The notes: generated by a model not told the origin, from the letters alone. DNA of 64,000 nt from Escherichia coli (GCF_003334385.1 NZ_QOWN01000018.1); one strand, 5' to 3'. Numbered from the stretch's first letter, positions 13,517 to 26,577 are shown. Made by a program: numbers and translations.

Positions 13517-13798
13517 ATATGGTTAACTAATCTCGGATTTTTCGTCTTATCCCTGTCGGGTTATGCCTTTAGGCTTGTTGCCATAGTGACACCGACCTGA
13601 CCGCGCCAGGCGCAGGCTTCAAGGTTTTTATGCATAGCATCATCGCTACCACTAACCAGAATGGAAGCGTCTGTAAGACGGTTGATAAATAAATTTGCTG
13701 GCAAACCCTACACGAAGTCGATGCTTCTGTCTTTAGGAGAAGCACGGAAAGTGAAAACGGTTGCAATCAGGTGCTTAATCCATGAGCCAGCGTGCTGA

Positions 13799-17981
<4,183 letters not shown>

Positions 17982-17989
17982 AAACGTAG

Positions 17990-18091
17990 TTGCCTGATGC
18001 GCTACGCTTATCAGGCCTACATCGTTCCTGCAATTTATTGATTTTGCAAGACTTTGTGGGTCGGATAAGGCGTTCACGCCGCATCCGGCAA
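17990..18091. repeat. REP (repetitive extragenic palindromic) elements downstream of opgH
   Basis: GCCTGATGCGCTACGCTTATCAGGCCTAC and GTCGGATAAGGCGTTCACGCCGCATCCGGCA palindromic units. Confidence 0.8.
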
Positions 18092-18153
18092 AAACAACGA
18101 GCCAATAAAAATACCGGCGTTATGCCGGTATTTTTTTACGAAAGAGGTATCAA

Positions 18154-18381
18154 ATGCGTTTAATTGTGGTGAGCATCATGGTGACCTTGCTGAGTGGCTG
18201 TGGCAGCATTATTAGTCGCACTATACCGGGGCAGGGGCATGGCAACCAATATTATCCCGGTGTGCAATGGGATGTGCGTGACTCCGCCTGGCGTTATGTC
18301 ACGATCCTTGATCTGCCATTCTCTCTGGTTTTTGATACTTTACTGCTGCCGATCGACATTCATCATGGCCCGTATGAGTGA
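18154..18381 (+). CDS. yceK: putative lipoprotein YceK
   Basis: 75 aa with lipobox LLSGC. Confidence 0.88.
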   Translation: MRLIVVSIMVTLLSGCGSIISRTIPGQGHGNQYYPGVQWDVRDSAWRYVTILDLPFSLVFDTLLLPIDIHHGPYE

Positions 18382-18756
18382 TTAACGTTCATCCCACTCA
18401 TCAGCTGCTGCGCGTCCTTCCTCGGTATCCAGCGGTGGCTCAAGCTGAAATTCCCCCTCGTCCCATTCATGTAATGTATTCTCTTCCTGCCACTCCTGGC
18501 GTATCTCTATCTCATCATAGTCGCCATCAAAAACACTTTGCGCGGCTTCACCGCTAAGCATAGGTAAACATTCACCTTCTTCCCCTTCGTCGGCAAAAAA
18601 CTCAACTTGCCACATGATGTCGCCGTCCTGCAAAACGTATTTTTGGGCATTGAACTGTTGCACATTCGCATCTTCGGCGTCGATGCCGGGGTTGTCTGCA
18701 AGAAATTCTTCGCGTGCAGCGTCAATGGCTTCTTCAAGCGTTGCGTACATGGTCAT
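18382..18756 (-). CDS. msyB: acidic protein MsyB
   Basis: Highly acidic 124-aa protein starting MTMYATLEEAIDAAREEF. Confidence 0.9.
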   Translation of the reverse strand: MTMYATLEEAIDAAREEFLADNPGIDAEDANVQQFNAQKYVLQDGDIMWQVEFFADEGEEGECLPMLSGEAAQSVFDGDYDEIEIRQEWQEENTLHEWDEGEFQLEPPLDTEEGRAAADEWDER

Positions 18757-18838
18757 CACGATTCTCCCTTTGAGTTGATGAGGTTTCAGGGAAAAGGATA
18801 GCTGATTCTCCGCTTTTGCAAGTATGAAAGGCGAAAAA

Positions 18839-19887
18839 TCAGTTCGATACCTGGGGTATTCGACGACGACGTAGACTGTTCCATGAATAGACTGCGTTGA
18901 ATAACACTACGCCAGCGGTGACGAGAAATACCGCTCTGAAACCGTAGTTCGCTGAAATCGCTGCTCCCATCAATGGTCCGGTAACGTTGCCAATATCACG
19001 AAACGATTGGTTATAGCTGAAGATACGCCCGGCGATCTGGTTGCTCGAGTTGTAAACCAACAGTGTCTGTACGGCGGGGAGTAGTGCACCATCGGCGGCA
19101 CCGAGCAAAAAACGTAAAATCCCAAGTTGCAATGGCGTCTGAACGTAAGACATTGGGATCAACAGCAGTACAGAAAAGATCAGCGCTGTAATCAGGATCT
19201 TTTCGGGTCCGATTCGATCGCCAAGTTTGCCGAGTCGTGGTGCACTTAGCAGAGCCGCCACGCCTGGCACCGAGGCGATCATGCCACTGATAAAGGCGAC
19301 GTTACTGACGTTACCCGCCAGTTCGCGGACATACAGCGTCAGAATGGGGGCAATTGAGCCCGTCGCCACCTGGATGATTAACGTAGTGACAAACAGGCTG
19401 AGTACCAGTTTCGGGTTTTTAAGTGATGTCACCACTTCCCGCATGTGCAGCATCTCTTTTTTGCTGACCGGCTGGAATTTTTCTCTGATGCAAAACAGGG
19501 TGACGAAAAAGCAGAGTATGAGCACACTGGCGGTAATAAAGAATACCGGACGTAAGCCGTAGCTATCGGCGAGCAGGCCGCCAGCCATTGGGCCGAGCAA
19601 CGCACCACTAACGCCGCCTGTGGAGAGCGTACCCAGCGCCCAGCCGCTTTTATTACGCGGTACTTGTGTGGCGATAAGAGCATTAGCGTTGGGGACAAAT
19701 CCGCCAAGTAACCCAAGAAGCGCCCGCAGGATCAAAAACTGCCAGATATTTTGTGCCAGCCCCATCAACACCATCACGATGCCCATGCCGAGGGCAGAGC
19801 GTAATAGCATGAGTTTTCGGCCTTTACGGTCGGCGAGTCCACCCCAAAACGGTGAGGCGATGGCCGAAAATAAAAATGTAATGCTGA
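18839..19887 (-). pseudogene. mdtG: mdtG 3' fragment (C-terminal about 350 codons of MFS efflux transporter MdtG), separated from its 5' end by the inserted element
   Basis: Reading frame of the 323-aa ORF continues upstream without an ATG to 19887, where MdtG-like sequence (..[17 protein letters not shown]..) is interrupted. Confidence 0.85.
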
Positions 19888-20289
19888 TATTTGTTCCCTA
19901 AATACACCATGAGAACATACCTGTTAATAACAGGACAATATCAGGTGAATGATTATGCAATTCAACGGTGTTTTTCCAAGTATCTAAGCAGTTTTACACA
20001 GATTCTATGCAGTATCGGTATAGTCTCTTTTTAGCATAACTTATTGATATCTATAAAGAATCTGTGAAGTCTCTTTTCAGGGTAAACTGTATCGTGTTAG
20101 TCGTCCCTCTCTCGACTCCTAGAAAAGTGCTATATACAGGGCTATATAACGATATATAGATAGTTGGTCACATGGTGTAACTATCAAGAAACTTAACGAT
20201 TTCCTACGTGAAAGTTAGAAAGTGATGGTTATAGTTACCCTCCTAAAATCTTCATAGCTCCTTCATAACCAGTCTTAAAAGGACTTCCT

Positions 20290-20404
20290 TATGAGACACT
20301 TTCAACGTAACGGTAGAATGCACCTTCCAAGTGTCTCATAAGCTTGTTTTTGAATTATGAGACAGCTAAACTTATGAGACCAACTTTTGAGACTTCTTAG
20401 GGGG
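20290..20404. promoter_or_regulatory. res-like cluster of resolvase-type half-sites (TGTCTCATA, matching TGTCYNNTA) overlapping the promoter of the small serine recombinase gene
   Basis: TATGAGACA at 20290-20298 and inverted TGTCTCATA at 20332-20340; further direct copies at 20357-20365, 20373-20381 and partial at 20387-20394, ending just 5' of the RBS/ATG at 20409. Confidence 0.55.
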
Positions 20405-20408
20405 ATGT

Positions 20409-20957
20409 ATGGCGGTGATTGGTTATTGCAGGGTATCAACACAAGACCAGACTGTAGACAACCAGAAACTACAGATAGAGAAGGTTCACAAGGTCGATAA
20501 ATGGTTTATTGATGAGGCTGTCTCAGGAGCTACAAAGGCCACCAGCAGAGATGGTTTTAGAGACATGATGAACTATGTAAGGTGTGACGATACGTTAGTT
20601 GTGGTAGCTATTGACCGTTTAGGGCGTAATACCGTTGATGTGCTCTCTAACGTGGAGGCACTACAGACTAAAGGTGTGAGGGTTGTTTCTCTACGTGAAG
20701 GTTTCGACTTATTAACACCAATCGGTAGAGCAATGCTTACTATGATGGCTGGTTTAGCTGACCTTGAAAAAGACCTTATCAGTGAACGTAGAAAGGCTGG
20801 TATTGAACGTGCTAAAGCTGAAGGGGTTCACATGGGGAGACCTGTAAAAGCTTCTTCAGAGACTGTAAAGATGCTTATCTCACAAGGTAAAACGAGGTTG
20901 CAGATTCAGGAAGAGCTAGGAATCTCTAGAGCAACTTATTACAGACTTGCTAAATAA
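20409..20957 (+). CDS. small serine recombinase (resolvase/DNA-invertase family) with C-terminal HTH
   Basis: 182 aa; N-terminal catalytic motif VIGYCRVSTQDQ (active-site Ser), resolvase core, C-terminal HTH LGISRATYYRLAK; RBS GGGGGA upstream. Confidence 0.85.
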   Translation: MAVIGYCRVSTQDQTVDNQKLQIEKVHKVDKWFIDEAVSGATKATSRDGFRDMMNYVRCDDTLVVVAIDRLGRNTVDVLSNVEALQTKGVRVVSLREGFDLLTPIGRAMLTMMAGLADLEKDLISERRKAGIERAKAEGVHMGRPVKASSETVKMLISQGKTRLQIQEELGISRATYYRLAK

Positions 20958-21300
20958 GTTACTGAATAGTTACATGGATGTAGCTGATATTTGGCTTTTT
21001 TGCAAAGGGGGTCACATAGCTGGTGTGACGGGTACTTAGCAGGTATAGACCTGTGATAGATATTTTCGAAGATTCGGGGAAGATGAGATTCAAAGAGGGC
21101 TAGTCATTTTTTATAAAAATTTTCAGAATCTGAAAAGTTACTGTACAGAATATATACAGACATCTTTAAAGTATCTGTAAAGACTTTTAAGATAAAAGAT
21201 AGATATCCAGAAAGGATATCCGTTTAGAAAGACTGTTAAGTATCTCTTAAAAGAGAGTAAACCTTGTCAATAGTGATTGCAATAAAAATTTTTATTTCTT

Positions 21301-21963
21301 ATGTCAATTGAGCATATTTTAATCGGGAAGCATCATGGGGGTTCTGATTACTGGAGAACTCCATTTTTGTTATTTAAGAATCTAAACTGTGAATATATTT
21401 TCACGCTGGATGGTGCTGCAACTAAGCACGATACGTTATTACCCCGCTTTACGGATGATATTCACAATCAATCGTGGATTGGCGAAAGGGTGTTCTGTAA
21501 CCCGCCGTACAGCGATATTCCGTCGTTCCTCATAAAAGCGTCTGAGGCAGATTTAGCGGTATTCCTGATACCGTATAGAGCCAACACCAGCTACTGGCTT
21601 AGGCACATTTACAGCAATAACCACTGTCATGAAATCCGTATTCTTCATCGTGCAGTTAAATACCTTCCACCAGCAGGCCATAACGGGCTTACTATTCGTT
21701 CACCGTTTCCAAGTGCAGTCATTGTTTTTAAAAAAGAACCACGCAGGCATGAAATTACGCAGATGATTTGCTGTGCTGATACATTGCTACCGTTAACCAT
21801 CATTAACAGAGGAGGCTTAAGAGGAAGACCCACCATTTACCCACCTGAGACGCTCGACAGCTTCATAAAACTATACAGGCAAGGAAAACCCATTAAGTGC
21901 ATTGCAGATGCTCTCAGAATGCCTCTGAGCACGTCATACAGGATTGCGCAAAGGTTGAGCTAA
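21301..21963 (+). CDS. phage-type DNA N6-adenine methyltransferase (Dam/T1-like family) with C-terminal HTH-like extension; orphan (no cognate nuclease recognised)
   Basis: 220 aa; motifs DYWRTP, FTLDGAA and catalytic CNPPYS (NPPY), ...FPSAVIVF; extra C-terminal approx 70 aa with HTH-like segment. Confidence 0.75.
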   Translation: MSIEHILIGKHHGGSDYWRTPFLLFKNLNCEYIFTLDGAATKHDTLLPRFTDDIHNQSWIGERVFCNPPYSDIPSFLIKASEADLAVFLIPYRANTSYWLRHIYSNNHCHEIRILHRAVKYLPPAGHNGLTIRSPFPSAVIVFKKEPRRHEITQMICCADTLLPLTIINRGGLRGRPTIYPPETLDSFIKLYRQGKPIKCIADALRMPLSTSYRIAQRLS

Positions 21964-22325
21964 AATTCTCATAAATATGGTCATTTACAAGACAGGTGAT
22001 TCAGATATTAAGAAGTATCCCTGTGAACAATAAATGACCAATCAGTAATTATTCTGTGAAATAATTGTTGCAATTTATAATCACATCTGTTATAGTTTCT
22101 ATATGGGCTGATAAAAAAGTTCATGTCTTGAAGTGGTAACACTTGGGGAGGTGTCAGATGGTTGGCGTATAAAACCTCTCATTCATGGTATACCTCAGCG
22201 TTTTAATCATCGTACTGTTTCAGGCATGGACTTCTTTATCAGTCCATCAATCCCCCAGATATTTTAATCACACAGGCTAATCGGTTTTATCCGGTTGGCC
22301 TTTTCACATATGAGGTATTTTATGA

Positions 22326-23294
22326 ATGAAAAAAGAAACTAATGCTTTTATTATGGTAGATAAACGAGTTGCACAATTCCCTAAAACATTAAAGCCAATT
22401 GACCGCTTGGTATATTTCACTATGCTGGATGGTGCTGATTATTACGAATCTAAGTTCGGGAGATATGCACCAAGTATTGACTATTTGATGGTTATGTCTG
22501 GTGCTACACGTAATACAGTTATTGACTCTCTGAAAAGACTTGAGTCACACAGGCTTATTGAGAAGACCAATATCAAAGGGCAGCAAAGTATTTTTAAAGT
22601 ATTCACGTTAGATGAGCGTCCAGAAGTCTTATCAGAACCTACCCTTGATGAGCGTCGTAGAGTCAAATTATCAGGTCAACCAGAATCTGACACTAACCCA
22701 ACCAAAAATTGGTTACCTACCCAACCAGAATTTGGTTACCTACCTAACCAGAAATTGGTTACATGTAATACTGAATATAAAGACAAAAATATAAAAACTA
22801 AAGAAGAAAGACTAAAAGGGAACTTTGAAGAAGAATCTCTTAAGAAGGGAGCTTCGCTCTGTGATTCACATGAATGTGATATTAAAGAAGATGACTTTCT
22901 TTCTTTGGATGAATTAAATGATTTTCTCTCTATGAATGAATCTGACCTTGATAGTGAAGCTACTAAAGAGGTCGTTAAAAAGGAAGATAAAATCTCTGAT
23001 GTGATTGCTAGTAGTGACCATAAAAACACACAGTGCCCCGCCACTGATGATGAGATGGACCCCTTCGATGATGATGAAGAGGATGAAGAGTCAGAACGTG
23101 AAAAAGCCATTAAGAGGGTAGAGAAGAAAAAGAGATTCGAGCTTGCAAGACAAAAGAACAAAGTATCGGGTTTAGACCCATTCGATGACAGTGAAGATGA
23201 TTATTATCTTTCACCGAGAAAGAAACAAACCCAGGATGACAAGAAGCAAAAAATTAAACCGAAGATGTATTTTGCTGGTGGAGGTATGCGCTAA
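22326..23294 (+). CDS. putative replication initiator (winged-helix N-terminal domain, acidic C-terminal tail) with origin-like iterons embedded in its coding sequence
   Basis: 322 aa; N-terminal winged-helix-like region; internal DNA iterons plus AT-rich tract resembling the lambda O/ori arrangement; C-terminus very rich in D/E. Confidence 0.55.
   Translation: MKKETNAFIMVDKRVAQFPKTLKPIDRLVYFTMLDGADYYESKFGRYAPSIDYLMVMSGATRNTVIDSLKRLESHRLIEKTNIKGQQSIFKVFTLDERPEVLSEPTLDERRRVKLSGQPESDTNPTKNWLPTQPEFGYLPNQKLVTCNTEYKDKNIKTKEERLKGNFEEESLKKGASLCDSHECDIKEDDFLSLDELNDFLSMNESDLDSEATKEVVKKEDKISDVIASSDHKNTQCPATDDEMDPFDDDEEDEESEREKAIKRVEKKKRFELARQKNKVSGLDPFDDSEDDYYLSPRKKQTQDDKKQKIKPKMYFAGGGMR
22676..22820. 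repeat. Origin-like iteron array (3-4 direct repeats of about 23 bp, each containing the palindrome AACCARAAWTTGGTT) followed by an AT-rich tract
   Basis: AACCCAACCAAAAATTGGTTACCTAC / CCAACCAGAATTTGGTTACCTAC / CTAACCAGAAATTGGTTACATG at 22695-22765, partial unit at 22677-22693, then AT-rich 22766-22820. Confidence 0.65.
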
Positions 23295-23584
23295 TGAGAG
23301 AATATAACGGTGAAAAACGATACAAAGATTATCTATTAAGGCGCTACAGCATTTCTCGTGAAGGTCATCTTCTGAAAGATACTCATGGGGAGGTTTACCG
23401 GATTCGACCGAAGAAGGAAGGAAAGAATTATTTCTTTTTTGATGGTGTGACAGATTTAAAGATTGACGCTTTGAGGTTTGCAGTGCTGTATCATTATGAT
23501 ATCTGGGATTCGGTCCACCAGCTACGATTAAAAGACGGTGACCCCGGTAATCTGAGGGCCACCAATATCATCACAAAACGTTAG
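23294..23584 (+). CDS. small protein, possibly degenerate HNH/NUMOD-like; function unknown
   Basis: 96 aa; start overlaps stop of upstream gene (TAATG); C-terminal segment LRLKDGDPGNLRATN loosely resembles HNH_3-type motifs. Confidence 0.4.
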   Translation: MREYNGEKRYKDYLLRRYSISREGHLLKDTHGEVYRIRPKKEGKNYFFFDGVTDLKIDALRFAVLYHYDIWDSVHQLRLKDGDPGNLRATNIITKR

Positions 23585-23903
23585 TTTGTTTTACCATCAT
23601 CAATCGTAATTGTGATTTCATATTTGAAAAGCTTAATGCTGAAATTGAATCGTGTACTTTTGGCGATAATCATTTTTAAAAGCTGATACACCAGAAGCAC
23701 CAGAAACACAAAGCAACCTAAGCTTGCGAATCTGTGAGATTCAGCAATTGTTTCAAGAAAGCCCATTAATTCCCCTTATTTATCAAAGGGAATGACCTGT
23801 ATCAGCCCCTATAACCATAATATCATGTAAATGAGATGTTGACAATATGTTAAATAAATGTTAAGATTGTAGTATGAGTAAGAGATTTAAGGAGATTTTT
23901 ACA

Positions 23904-24194
23904 ATGACTCACACAGTTACGCGCCTTTTGCCAGAGGCATTTGAACGACTGGCAGCAATCAAAGCCAAATACCCTGATATGAAGCACACGGCGCTTGTTG
24001 GAGAGCTTTTAAAAGAGTCGGTAGCCCTGACCCCTTTCGATAACGTTAAGGGCGTTGCAGAGGGTTCTAAGGCCATCAGAATCACAACAGGCCAACTGGA
24101 ACTACTCAAAGCGCAGTCCGCAGTAGCAGGTTGCTCAATGATTCAGGTGTTAAGCACTAAGGTTCATCAACTGGCGGATAAATTGGAGGTTTAA
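23904..24194 (+). CDS. hypothetical protein, possible ribbon-helix-helix DNA-binding regulator
   Basis: ORF track 23874..24194; the internal ATG at 23904 is preceded by RBS AAGGAG; predicted beta-strand/helix pattern (TVTRLLPEAFERLAAIKAK). Confidence 0.45.
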   Translation: MTHTVTRLLPEAFERLAAIKAKYPDMKHTALVGELLKESVALTPFDNVKGVAEGSKAIRITTGQLELLKAQSAVAGCSMIQVLSTKVHQLADKLEV

Positions 24195-24580
24195 TGTATG
24201 ACTTTTATAAACATCGTGACCATTTGGTAAGATTTGACGGTAGAGTCTGGAAAGACATAACAGAAACCAATAAACCCAAGTTTACCCACCAGCAATTAGC
24301 CTCAAGATTTGATATCTGGACTGAAGCACAAAAAGATAATGGTGATTTCGAGTTTATCAGGGGTTTTGATTATGCTTACGAAGATGACCTTAAAGACGCC
24401 ATTAAATTAATTGAAAATTTTAATGGAAATAATTCTGGTGACAAACACAAAGCCAATGGTAATCGGTATGACAGGGAGTTAATTCTTGATGCCATTTCCA
24501 GAGGTCAATCACAAAGTTATATTTCTGAGAAATACGGCTTATCACGTAGTCAATACTACAAGATTAAAGCGTCTGTGTAA
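24194..24580 (+). CDS. hypothetical protein with C-terminal HTH (regulator or terminase-small-subunit-like)
   Basis: 128 aa; start coupled to upstream stop (TTAATG) with RBS GGAGG; C-terminal HTH ISEKYGLSRSQYYKIKA. Confidence 0.5.
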   Translation: MYDFYKHRDHLVRFDGRVWKDITETNKPKFTHQQLASRFDIWTEAQKDNGDFEFIRGFDYAYEDDLKDAIKLIENFNGNNSGDKHKANGNRYDRELILDAISRGQSQSYISEKYGLSRSQYYKIKASV

Positions 24581-24717
24581 GCCTGTGAGAATGAGTGAGA
24601 CTCAAAGATGAGCTACCCTATTACTAAGGTGTCTCACTCCCTCTGTAACCCGCATGGTTACTGGCCTCAGAATGGCTATTTTGGCAGATTTAAGATGTGT
24701 TTTAGAGGAATTTAAAA

Positions 24718-25041
24718 ATGAACAACTTCCCATTACAAATTTTCGTTGATAACGACACCGCTCTGATGATTCAGGCTTTCACTGATTCCGGTGTATCAAT
24801 TGACTTTGACAGGCTGTTAGAGTTGATGGCTGATAATGCAGAAAACATCTCTGACTTTATTCAGTCGGTGGAGTTTAACGAGCCTCGAATGATGCTACCA
24901 ATTAAAGACAGCAACATGAAAAGATTGGTTATCGAGCAAACGAACAAATACAGCGTTAGCCCTGAAAGATATCTCAAGGCAGCTATAGCAATTTTGTGCG
25001 CTGACAATATTTTGGTGACGGATTCGAAGGTGGTGCATTAA
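24718..25041 (+). CDS. hypothetical protein
   Basis: 107-aa ORF with RBS AGAGGA; no recognisable motif. Confidence 0.45.
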   Translation: MNNFPLQIFVDNDTALMIQAFTDSGVSIDFDRLLELMADNAENISDFIQSVEFNEPRMMLPIKDSNMKRLVIEQTNKYSVSPERYLKAAIAILCADNILVTDSKVVH

Positions 25042-25118
25042 TGGGCTTAATAATTGCTTGGACAGCTTTGGGTTTATTTGTTGGTTGCTGGGTAGGTAAC
25101 ACAGTAAATAAGAATTGA
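25041..25118 (+). CDS. candidate small hydrophobic peptide (25 aa, single predicted TM helix), translationally coupled to upstream ORF
   Basis: ATG overlaps upstream TAA (TAATGG); encodes MGLIIAWTALGLFVGCWVGNTVNKN; below the size cut-off of the ORF track. Confidence 0.3.
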   Translation: MGLIIAWTALGLFVGCWVGNTVNKN

Positions 25119-25535
25119 TGTTGCCAATCTGTTAAAAAGCTGTTGACAAATAACCTTAAGCATGACATAATTTTAATTATGGGAGAGTAATTCTCTCTTA
25201 TATTTCTTTCAATAATCCGATGGATGGATGGATATTCTGAGTTGGTGAGGTATGTTCTATACCGAACATTCTGAAAGGTGCAATGCTTTTCGCTACATGA
25301 CCTCTTATATAACCTGAGAGGTCATCTCGAAAAGTACTCTTGTTCATTCGTTATTGAATCCTTTAGATGTTTTAATTTCTTCACCTTATGAATAGCCCTT
25401 TATAAGAAATTATCTAGGGCTATTCAGTTTTTAAAAAGCATACTTGGCAAACCGCCTTTTAAGTCTCTTCTAAGTTCGTAGGCTGTCAGGTGTGCTTTTT
25501 AAAAACTGAATATACTTAGAAGAGGAAATGAAATA

Positions 25536-26246
25536 ATGGCAAATGACATTTATATTAGTGGAAGAAAAATTGATAGCTTCGGTGACTGGTCGCCACAGAC
25601 TGAACATCCAGCTATCGTTATTCAGCGTAAAGAACACGATGCGAGAATTGAGCTTGAGCAAGAGCTAAAGATGTCACCAAAGCAAATTACCTTTGTGTCT
25701 CCTGAGCCTCAAGAGATGCCTGATGTATGCAAGAGTGAAGCATTGCTTGAGCTTGAAAAGAAATATTTCCCAGCTTTAAAAGCACAGCGTCTTAGATTAG
25801 ATGACGCTTACAGCAAAGTTACCCTGATGCAATCAGCTATTGAACCGTCAGAATTTGAGATTCAGGATGAATTGTCACAGAAACCATTTGTTTATTACCA
25901 ATATGCAGACAATGATGGTTTTGGTACTTTTCCTGAGAATATCCCAGACGCGATTAGTAGTCTTCCTGATGGATATCGAATTGTGAAGATGGTTAAAGCT
26001 TCAAGGGGTGCTGGTCAATTTATTTATATGACCAATAAGAGCGATGAAGAACTCGCTGAACTTGCTAGACAGAACATCTTGGCATCACGTAACAAGCAGC
26101 TTGATAGTGCTAAGTTGTATCTCTCAAGAGAGCTTCAGGCTATGAAAGAGCTTGTTAGTGAATATGAGTCGCAGAAGAAGATTGCTATGCAAGCTGATAT
26201 TGAGCAGTTAGTGAAGATTTCTCAGAAGTATAGTAAAGCACTTTAA
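25536..26246 (+). CDS. hypothetical protein with C-terminal coiled-coil
   Basis: 236-aa ORF with RBS GAGGAAA; no recognisable catalytic motif. Confidence 0.5.
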   Translation: MANDIYISGRKIDSFGDWSPQTEHPAIVIQRKEHDARIELEQELKMSPKQITFVSPEPQEMPDVCKSEALLELEKKYFPALKAQRLRLDDAYSKVTLMQSAIEPSEFEIQDELSQKPFVYYQYADNDGFGTFPENIPDAISSLPDGYRIVKMVKASRGAGQFIYMTNKSDEELAELARQNILASRNKQLDSAKLYLSRELQAMKELVSEYESQKKIAMQADIEQLVKISQKYSKAL

Positions 26247-26270
26247 TTATGAATTAAGAAGAGGTGATTA

Positions 26271-26480
26271 ATGTTTGAAGAACGTTTAGAGACTATTCGG
26301 TCTGTTTGTGAAAACTTAAAGTTACAAACCAAGCCAGCCTTAAGAATTAAAACCAAACATCAAATTATCACCTCACACAAACCAAAAACACGCAAGATTC
26401 CAAAGTGGTGTATTGACCGTATTCCTTCTGATGCTCAAATCATAGGTGAAACGGAATTACATTATCTTGTCCGACATTAA
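26271..26480 (+). CDS. hypothetical small basic protein
   Basis: 69-aa ORF with RBS GAGGTG. Confidence 0.4.
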   Translation: MFEERLETIRSVCENLKLQTKPALRIKTKHQIITSHKPKTRKIPKWCIDRIPSDAQIIGETELHYLVRH

Positions 26481-26577
26481 AAATTGGTTGGGTAAAATCA
26501 ACGGGAGAGATTATCGAGTGACATCGGTAGTTTCTCCTTTTTTTGTATATGAACACTTAAGAGGTGAAAAAATATGA

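Noticed and set aside
19923-19937. 15-bp perfect palindrome CCTGTTAATAACAGG just inside the left end of the element
   Set aside because: Could be a recombinase or repressor binding site, but it is a single short palindrome in AT-rich DNA; not enough to assign function, so not reported as a feature.
22736-23161. 141-aa minus-strand ORF inside the element, rich in Ser
   Set aside because: Antisense to the replication-initiator gene across its acidic GA-rich region; the low-complexity poly-Ser translation is the mirror image of the poly-Asp/Glu sense strand.
21301-23584. Considered a restriction-modification system (methyltransferase plus nearby HNH-like protein)
   Set aside because: The methyltransferase is of the phage orphan Dam type, the HNH-like similarity in the 96-aa protein is weak and lacks a clear catalytic His-Asn-His arrangement, and a replication gene sits between them. 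Insufficient to call an R-M pair.
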